From Paraconexibacteraceae bacterium (GTDB lineage: Bacteria > Actinomycetota > Thermoleophilia > Solirubrobacterales > Solirubrobacteraceae): a DNA stretch of 32,000 nucleotides. The notes beneath the pieces were generated by a model. It did not search any database and was not told where the DNA came from. It saw only the letters and a list, made by a program, of their open reading frames with translations. Position numbers and translations under genes: made by a program. The DNA lies in contig CAVXAS010000007.1 of assembly GCA_963759825.1 (NCBI GenBank), positions 71,421-103,420 of the forward strand. Reading direction: 5' to 3'. This document shows, in pieces, positions 25,819-32,000 of the stretch (positions within the stretch are counted from its first letter, which is position 1; each line of letters opens with the position of its first letter).

Positions 25819-27819
25819 GTGAGCGCGCAGGGGCTGGGGATCCGGCTGCTCGGGAGGCTGTCGATCGACCGCGAAGGCGACACGGCCCCGGCCGGGTTCT
25901 CCGGCCGGCGGTCCGAGCTCGTCTTCGCCTACCTCGTCACCGAGCACCGTCGCGACGTCAGCCGCGACGAGCTGGCGGACGCGCTCTGGCCGCAGGAGCT
26001 GCCAGACGCCTGGTCAGCCGCCCTGCGCAGCGTCGTCAGCGACGTTCGCCGGGTGATCGGCGCCACCGGCCTGGACCCAGGAGAGCTGCTGGAGCACACC
26101 GGCGGCGGCTACCGCCTGCAGCTGCCGTCCGATGCGGTGGTGGACGTGGAGGAGGCGCGCTCCGCGCTCGCGGCTGCGCGAGCGACCGTCGAGGAGGATC
26201 CCGCGGGTGCAGCCGCCCACGCAACGCGCGCGGCTGAGCTCGCGCGGTTGCCGTTCCTGCCGCGCCACGAGGGCGACTGGGTCGACGGGGTGCGCCGCGG
26301 GCTCGCCGAGATCCTGGTGGAGGCGCTCGAGGTGTCAGCGGGCGCACACGCCCGCGCTGGTGACGCACGCGCTGCCGCCGCCGCGGCGGCGCGGCTCGTC
26401 GAGGCCGAGCCCTACAGCGACGCGGCGCACCGCCTGCAGATCGAGGTCCTAGGGACCGTCGGCGATCGCGCCGGCGCGCTGCGCGCGTTCGAGCAGTGCC
26501 GCACGACGTTCGCCGAGGAGCTGGGCGTCGAACCGTCCGCCCAGACGCGGGCCGCGCTGCAGCGCGCGCTCGACGCGACCACAGGCGTCCGCGCGCCGGA
26601 CACACCGGCGGCGCGGACCACCTCCCCGTTCGCCGCCCTGTCGGTGCTGGTCGTCGAAGACCACGACTTCCAGCGCCGCACGGCGGTCACGCTGCTGGAC
26701 CGGCTCGGCGTCGGCTCGCTCGCCGAAGCGCCGGATGGCGCCGCCGCACTCGAGCTGCTCGGCAGCTCGGCGCCGCCTGACGTGATCGTCTGCGACGTCG
26801 ACATGCCGGGAATGGACGGCGTCGAGTTCATCCGGCACGTCGCCGAACGCGGGCTTGCGAGCGCGGTCGTGATCGCGAGCGGGCTCGATCGCAGCGTGTT
26901 GCAGGCGGTCGAGGCGGTCGGCGAGGGGTATGGGCTCCAGGTCCTCGGGGCAGTCGAGAAGCCGTTGACCACGCGCCGGCTGTCGGAGCTGCTGGCCTCC
27001 TACCGGCGACCTCCGCCGCCACACGATCGCGCCGATCACGTCGCAGTGACCGACGCCGAGCTGCGTGCCGCGCTCGATGACGACCGGATCGGCGCGCATT
27101 TCGTCCCGATCGTCGACCTTCAGGCCGATGCCTTCAGTGGTGCGGAGGCCGTCGCCACGTTGCAGAAGGAAGCGGGCGGGCCGGTGAGCCTCGTCAGCGC
27201 GCGGATCGGCACCGACCTGGCTGCGCGCCTCACGGATCACGTGCTCGGCCTGGCGTGTGACCAGTTCGGCGAGCTCACCGCCGCGGGCACGGAAGCCGAG
27301 TTGTGGATCTCGATCGCCGAGCGCACGCTTGCCGACGTGGACGGCGTCGACCGTCTGCTCGCCGTCGTTCGTGACCGCGGCGCCGATCCGCGCCGGATCG
27401 TCCTGATGGTCGGCGAGCGCGCGGTGCGCCACAGTACGGCGGCGGAGCTCGACGTGCTGACGCGGCTGCGCGTGAAGGGCTTTGGCATCTGCCTCGACGA
27501 CGTCGGCGGGGGGCATGCAAGCGACGACGCTCGCGCGCGCATCCCGCTCACCGCGGTGGCACTGGCGCCGGCGCTGGTCCACGGAGCGGCGCGCGAGCCG
27601 GCCGCTGCGTCGGAGCTCGAGGACGCGATCGAATCGATCCGGGCGCACGCGCTCCAGACGCTGGCGCGCGGCTGCGACGACCCCTCCGACTACGAGCTGC
27701 TGCTTCAGGCGGGCTGCAGCCACGCGCAGGGCGAGGTCATCGCCGGGGCGCTGCCGGCCGGTGAGCTCGCCGTGTGGGCGCGCGACTGGCGGTCGCCCGC
27801 GATCCCGGGAACGCGGTGA
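25819..27819 (+). CDS. SARP-type (OmpR-like wHTH + BTAD) regulator fused to a receiver domain and a degenerate EAL domain
   Basis: wHTH: IRLLGRLSIDREG...SRDELADALWPQELPDAWSAALRSVVSDVRRVIG...GYRLQL. BTAD: ...AEPYSDAAHRLQIEVLGTVGDRAGALRAFEQCRTTFAEELGVEPS. REC: LVVEDHD, CDVDMPGMDG (Asp 26794-26796), IASG, EKPL. EAL-like: FVPIVDL, EAV (27145-27153), DDVGGG (27496-27513), AQGE. GTG 25819 is preferred; TTG 25786 is possible. Confidence 0.85.
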   Translation: MSAQGLGIRLLGRLSIDREGDTAPAGFSGRRSELVFAYLVTEHRRDVSRDELADALWPQELPDAWSAALRSVVSDVRRVIGATGLDPGELLEHTGGGYRLQLPSDAVVDVEEARSALAAARATVEEDPAGAAAHATRAAELARLPFLPRHEGDWVDGVRRGLAEILVEALEVSAGAHARAGDARAAAAAAARLVEAEPYSDAAHRLQIEVLGTVGDRAGALRAFEQCRTTFAEELGVEPSAQTRAALQRALDATTGVRAPDTPAARTTSPFAALSVLVVEDHDFQRRTAVTLLDRLGVGSLAEAPDGAAALELLGSSAPPDVIVCDVDMPGMDGVEFIRHVAERGLASAVVIASGLDRSVLQAVEAVGEGYGLQVLGAVEKPLTTRRLSELLASYRRPPPPHDRADHVAVTDAELRAALDDDRIGAHFVPIVDLQADAFSGAEAVATLQKEAGGPVSLVSARIGTDLAARLTDHVLGLACDQFGELTAAGTEAELWISIAERTLADVDGVDRLLAVVRDRGADPRRIVLMVGERAVRHSTAAELDVLTRLRVKGFGICLDDVGGGHASDDARARIPLTAVALAPALVHGAAREPAAASELEDAIESIRAHALQTLARGCDDPSDYELLLQAGCSHAQGEVIAGALPAGELAVWARDWRSPAIPGTR

Positions 27820-30347
27820 GCGCCGGCTCACATCGCCCGACGCTGTCGCTGCGGCGGCTGCTCGGGGTCCTGCTCGCGATCCTCGGGGCCCTCGTCGCCG
27901 CGCTGATCGTCGTCACCACGCTGCAGCTGCGCGGGTCCCAGTCGCAGGCCGATGCGGAGAACCGGCGCAGCGCGTCGTACCTGCTCGCCGACAGCATGCG
28001 CCGCAGCTCGAACGACCTGACGAACATGGTGCGGCTGTATGTCGCGACCGGCGAGCGTCGCTATCGCGACTACTACGCGGAGATCCTCGCCATCCGCAGC
28101 GGCACCGCCCGGCGCCCGCGCCACTACGACAGCTCCTTCTGGGACCGGGTCCTCGCCGAGGGCAAGGGCTTCGTCCGCTACGGGCCGCGCGAATCGCTCG
28201 TCGCCCAGATGCGCAAGGCCAACTTCACGCCCGCCGAGTTCCGCGCCCTCAACACGTCGCTCACCGCCTCCAACGGCCTCGCCAAGGTCGAGCTCGAGGT
28301 CATGGATCGCGTCGAGCAGCGCATCCGCCGCGGTCTCGACGACGCATACCTCGGCGACGTGGAGCGCGAGTATCGCCGGCTCGTCGACGCGGCCTACCTC
28401 GCCGACAAGGGCGTGATCATGGGCGCGATCGCCCGTTTCATCGACCTCGTCGACACCCGCACCCGGCGCGACGTCGAGGACGAGCGCGCGTCCAACGACA
28501 CGCTCTTCGCCATCCAGATCGCGATTCTCGTCGTGATCCTGCTCGTCGGCGTCGGCGCGATGGCGGTCATCTCGCGAGTCGCGGTCCGGCCACTCAGCAG
28601 GCTTGCGGAGGCGACGCGACGCATCGCCAGCGGCGACTACGAGGAGCGCGCCGACGTCCACGGCGTCGCCGAGCTCGAGCAGGTCGCCGGCGCGTTCAAC
28701 GAGATGGCCGCGTCGATCCAGTCCGACATCGCGCGGCGCGAGCGGGCTGAGCACGATGCGACCGCCGCGCGCATGGCTGCCGAGGAGGCCAGCCGCGCCA
28801 AGTCGGCCTTCCTGGCCGCGATGAGCCACGAGATCCGCACCCCGATGATGGGCGTGACCGGCATGCTCGAGGTCCTCAACCGGACCCAGTTGTCACCGGC
28901 GCAGCGCCACATGGTCGCCACGGCCGACCGGTCGGCGCAGTCGCTGCTGCACATCATCGGTGACGTCCTGGACTTCTCGAAGATCGAGGCCTCCAAGCTG
29001 CAGCTCGCCCCGGCGACCTTCGACCTGCGAGCGGTGGTCAACGCGGCGGCCGAGACCTTCCGCCACACCGCGTCGGCCAAGGGGCTGCTGCTCACCAGCA
29101 GCGTCGAGGACGGGCTCGCGCCGGCGCACGTCGGTGACGCGCTGCGCCTGCGCCAGATCTTCACGAACTTCCTGTCGAACGCGGTCAAGTTCACCGCGGT
29201 CGGCGGCATCGAGATCGAGGCACGCGTCCTCGACACCTCCGACGAGCTGCAAGTGCTCGACATCTCGGTCACGGACACCGGCATCGGTGTCGCCCCCGCG
29301 CAGCAGCGCGAGCTGTTCACCGACTACACCCAGGCCGACGCGACGACCTCAGGGCGCTTCGGCGGGACCGGCCTCGGACTGGCGATCTGCCGGCGCCTGG
29401 CAGCGCTGATGGGCGGCGAGATCACGATGCAGAGCGCCCTTGCCCGGGGGACGACGATGCGCCTGACCGTGCCGCTGCCGATCGGCGATCCGGCGGACAT
29501 CGCCGCGCCCGTCGCGCCGGTCGCAGATCTTTATGCCCCCACGCGCCCGAAGCCCAGTCGCGAGCAGGCCCTGCGCGAGGGAAGCCTGCTGCTGATCGCC
29601 GAGGATCACGAGGTCAACCGCACCGTCCTGCGCCACCAGCTCGACATCATCGGCTTCGAGGCAGATTTCGCCGACGACGGCGAGCAGGCGCTCGCCCGCT
29701 ACCTCGAGGACCGTTACGCGCTCGTGCTGACCGACCTGAACATGCCCGGCCTCGACGGCTACGACCTCGCGCGCGCGATCCGCCGCCACGAGCATGAGTC
29801 GGGCGCCGTGCGAGTCCCGATCATCGCGCTCACGGCGAACGTCATGCAGGGCGTGCCGGAGCGCTCCCGCGAGGCCGGGATGGACGACTTCGCAACCAAG
29901 CCGACCACGATTCCGTTCCTCGCCGGCAAGCTGCGCCAATGGCTGCCGCAGCTCGACTGGGCGGACGAGCCAGACGTGCGGCCCGGACGGGACGGGGACG
30001 GTGTCGCGAACGCCGATGCGCTCGATCTTGCGGTGCTCGCAGAGGTCACCGGCGCCGACTCGGCGCTCGCCGCCTCGCTGATCAACGACTTCCTGACCAG
30101 CTCGCGCGCGGACCTGCAGATGCTCGAGGACGCGCTCGCCGCCGGCGAGCTCGACGACGCGCGCCGTCGCGCGCACCGCATCAAGGGCGCGGCGCGGATC
30201 GTCGGAGCGAACGCCGTCGCGACGCTGGCCCAGCAGATCGAGACCGGCGCGGCGTCGGGCGGCGACGTGCCGCAGTTGGCCACGCTGACCACGCGCCTGC
30301 ACGCCGCGCTCGCAGACTGCCAGGCGGCGACGGCCTTGGTGACCTAA
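27816..30347 (+). CDS. Hybrid sensor histidine kinase: TM, extracytoplasmic helical sensor, TM, HAMP, HisKA, HATPase_c, REC, HPt
   Basis: GTG 27816 overlaps the upstream TGA (GTGA). Two TM helices flank a sensor region of about 190 aa. HAMP: RPLSRLAEATRRIASGDYEE. H-box: FLAAMSHEIRTP (His 28827-28829). G-boxes: TDTGIGV and GGTGLGLAI. REC: LIAEDHEVNR...LTDLNMPGLDG (Asp 29733-29735). HPt: AHRIKGAARIVGA (His 30174-30176). Confidence 0.9.
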   Translation: MSAGSHRPTLSLRRLLGVLLAILGALVAALIVVTTLQLRGSQSQADAENRRSASYLLADSMRRSSNDLTNMVRLYVATGERRYRDYYAEILAIRSGTARRPRHYDSSFWDRVLAEGKGFVRYGPRESLVAQMRKANFTPAEFRALNTSLTASNGLAKVELEVMDRVEQRIRRGLDDAYLGDVEREYRRLVDAAYLADKGVIMGAIARFIDLVDTRTRRDVEDERASNDTLFAIQIAILVVILLVGVGAMAVISRVAVRPLSRLAEATRRIASGDYEERADVHGVAELEQVAGAFNEMAASIQSDIARRERAEHDATAARMAAEEASRAKSAFLAAMSHEIRTPMMGVTGMLEVLNRTQLSPAQRHMVATADRSAQSLLHIIGDVLDFSKIEASKLQLAPATFDLRAVVNAAAETFRHTASAKGLLLTSSVEDGLAPAHVGDALRLRQIFTNFLSNAVKFTAVGGIEIEARVLDTSDELQVLDISVTDTGIGVAPAQQRELFTDYTQADATTSGRFGGTGLGLAICRRLAALMGGEITMQSALARGTTMRLTVPLPIGDPADIAAPVAPVADLYAPTRPKPSREQALREGSLLLIAEDHEVNRTVLRHQLDIIGFEADFADDGEQALARYLEDRYALVLTDLNMPGLDGYDLARAIRRHEHESGAVRVPIIALTANVMQGVPERSREAGMDDFATKPTTIPFLAGKLRQWLPQLDWADEPDVRPGRDGDGVANADALDLAVLAEVTGADSALAASLINDFLTSSRADLQMLEDALAAGELDDARRRAHRIKGAARIVGANAVATLAQQIETGAASGGDVPQLATLTTRLHAALADCQAATALVT

Positions 30348-31077
30348 CGAGCGACGGCGCTACCTCGGCCAGTCGGGCGGCGATCGGGATCGCGACGGTC
30401 GCGAACAGCCCGAACGCGCCCGCCACCCGCAACGGAAGGAACCCGGCCGCGACGGCGATCGCCATGCAGGTGAGCGCAAACGCCGTGACCCACACGATCG
30501 GATGCGTCTGGTGCGGAAAGCGAAACCTGCCGAGCATCAACGCCGACACGGCGAGCAGCCCGGCGATCGTGAGCGCCGGCGCCAGCTCGAGCCCGAGGAC
30601 GGCGAGCACCGCGAGCCCCCCAACCGGGGACGTGACGCCGGTGAAGCCGTCCGCGGGGGCATGCGGCGCCGCCGCATGACGCGCCAGGCGCACGACGACC
30701 GCGACGACGTGCGTCGTCGCCGCGGCCAGGAAGACCGCGCCGGTGAGCGAGGAGTGTCCGAGGCCGGCCACCGCAATCAGCAGCGCCGGAGCGACACCGA
30801 AGGCGATCGCGTCCGACATGCCGTCGAAATGGTCGCCGAGGCCGCTGCTCCACGTGTAGCGGGCGACGATCCCGTCGGCCACGTCGCACAATGCGCCGAG
30901 CCCGATCAGCGCCATCGCCAGCTTCAGCTCGTACACCTGGATCCCGTCGGTGAGCTCAGCAGGGTTGGCGGCCCAGTACCGCACGAGGATCGCGATCGCG
31001 AGAAACCCGAGAGCGGCGCTGGCGAGCGTCACCAGGTCGGCGGGGCTGAGGCGGCCGCTCGGCCGTCGGCTGTTCAT
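30181..31077 (-). CDS. pssA: CDP-alcohol phosphatidyltransferase, phosphatidylserine synthase-like
   Basis: DGIVARYTWSSGLGDHFDGMSDAI matches D-G-x2-A-R-x8-G-x3-D-x3-D. Multi-pass membrane profile. The start overlaps the psd stop. The last ~55 codons are Arg/Pro-rich and antisense to the kinase gene. Confidence 0.85.
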   Translation of the reverse strand: MNSRRPSGRLSPADLVTLASAALGFLAIAILVRYWAANPAELTDGIQVYELKLAMALIGLGALCDVADGIVARYTWSSGLGDHFDGMSDAIAFGVAPALLIAVAGLGHSSLTGAVFLAAATTHVVAVVVRLARHAAAPHAPADGFTGVTSPVGGLAVLAVLGLELAPALTIAGLLAVSALMLGRFRFPHQTHPIVWVTAFALTCMAIAVAAGFLPLRVAGAFGLFATVAIPIAARLAEVAPSLVRSPRPSPPGSLRARRAGAWSAWPTAARRRPTPRRSRSAGPASRRRSLRRSAPRP

Positions 31078-31727
31078 CTCGCAAGCCTCGATTCGCCGGC
31101 ACGCAGTCGGTCGCCGACGGCGACCGCGGGCGCACTGCCAGGTGGAAGGACGACGTCGACACGCGAGCCGAAGCGGATCAGGCCGATCCGCTCACCGCGC
31201 CGGATGCGCTCGTCGACGGTGCGGTAGGGGACGATCCGCCGGGCAAGGGCACCTGCGATCTGGACGATCTCCAGCTCGCCCTGTGCGGTGTCGACCGTCC
31301 AGCGGAGGCGCTCGTTGCGTTCGGAGTCCTTGTCGAACGCCGGAATGTGCCCCCCGGGCCGGTACTCGACGCTGCGCACGACGCCATCGGCCGGCGCCCT
31401 GTTGACGTGGACGTCGCGCAGGCTCAGGTAGGTGGCGATCCGCCAGCGGCCGTCCTTGCGCCGGTCGACTGCGATGACGCGGCCGTCCGCCGCCGCGAGC
31501 AGCCCCGGCGACCGCGGCGTGCGCTCAGGGTCGCGGAAGAACGCGGCAGTCAACGCGCCGACGACCGCTGCCGCGAGGCCCGCCGGCCGTGCCTCACGGC
31601 TCCTGCAGGTCGCGACGGCCGTCAGCCCGAGGCCCCACCAGCACGCCCACAGCCATTTCGGCACGCCCCGCGCGATTCGATGCCTCCCCGAGAGATCCAC
31701 GGTGGCGATCGTCACGCCCGGGCGCAA
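31074..31727 (-). CDS. psd: Phosphatidylserine decarboxylase (short, archaeal/actinobacterial type proenzyme)
   Basis: FFRDPERTP, RDVHVNRAPADG and the self-cleavage-type motif IRFGSRVDV, with the pssA gene adjacent. The start is TTG 31727 or GTG 31715. Confidence 0.85.
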   Translation of the reverse strand: MRPGVTIATVDLSGRHRIARGVPKWLWACWWGLGLTAVATCRSREARPAGLAAAVVGALTAAFFRDPERTPRSPGLLAAADGRVIAVDRRKDGRWRIATYLSLRDVHVNRAPADGVVRSVEYRPGGHIPAFDKDSERNERLRWTVDTAQGELEIVQIAGALARRIVPYRTVDERIRRGERIGLIRFGSRVDVVLPPGSAPAVAVGDRLRAGESRLAR

Positions 31728-31826
31728 CCCGAACGCAATCGCGTGCCGAGGCCGCCCGTGGCGCGGGGCGCGTGCGGTTGCGCCCCGCTTGCGCGTGCGT
31801 TGCGGGCCGCCGCGTAGAAGTGGCGC

Positions 31827-32000
31827 ATGGCCGTCGCCGAACTCGCCTCAACGACGCTTCCCAGCGCGTCGTCGGCCGGTGCCCCGGTTGGCGAGTCGAT
31901 CGCTCAGCCGAGGGCCGTGGTCGCAGCGACGGCGCGGGTGCCCGCGCGCACGGTCGGCCTGATCGCGTCGATGGGCGTCTTCATGGCGTTCTTCGACAAC
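31827..32000 (+). CDS. MFS transporter (DHA2-like), 5' portion only
   Basis: The ATG at 31827 opens a frame that runs to the window end: MAVAELASTT...RTVGLIASMGVFMAFFDN, a typical first TM of EmrB/QacA-type MFS proteins. Only 58 codons are visible. Confidence 0.5.
   Translation, partial: MAVAELASTTLPSASSAGAPVGESIAQPRAVVAATARVPARTVGLIASMGVFMAFFDN

Noticed and set aside
27040-27790. The EAL domain read as an active c-di-GMP phosphodiesterase.
   Set aside because: By eye, most catalytic and metal-binding positions are substituted: EAL to EAV, and loss of the conserved Arg, Asn, first Glu of ExTE, Lys, and Glu of EGVE. I therefore call it degenerate, pending a proper profile alignment.

Overview
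High-GC (by eye above 70% G+C, with strongly GC3-biased codons) actinobacterial-type chromosomal segment. It is densely coding on both strands, with about 31 protein genes. I found no rRNA, tRNA, CRISPR array, transposase or integrase. Left end (1-4672): a giant gene truncated at its 5' end, encoding Ser/Thr kinase, class III nucleotide cyclase, STAND (nSTAND1-like) NTPase, a TM helix and about 14 WD40 repeats. A 1-nt frame disruption near nt 2125 splits it. Middle (4.7-20.5 kb): an accessory-looking mix. It holds three PIN-toxin TA modules, two of which have no canonical toxin start codon and instead show a CTGA stop/start overlap. It also holds a TetR gene with a perfect 14-bp palindromic operator coupled to a Tat-secreted enzyme, a secreted esterase, DUF899, GST, two paralogous NmrA-like SDR genes flanking a 72-aa ORF, LtrA, a large ATP-binding LuxR regulator and a Baeyer-Villiger-type monooxygenase. 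Right part (20.5-30.3 kb) is the most unusual locus. A tight minus-strand four-gene operon encodes a DUF4395-like CxxC membrane protein, an EgtC-like Ntn amidohydrolase, a stand-alone tandem cNMP-binding protein, and a tandem cNMP-binding::class V PLP enzyme fusion. It is divergent from a SARP(wHTH+BTAD)-REC-degenerate-EAL regulator, which is translationally coupled to a hybrid HAMP-HisKA-HATPase-REC-HPt kinase. The shared spacer carries three exactly 11-bp-phased heptads of the kind SARP proteins bind. The window ends with psd-pssA and the start of an MFS transporter. All family assignments come from motif recognition by eye; no database search was possible.
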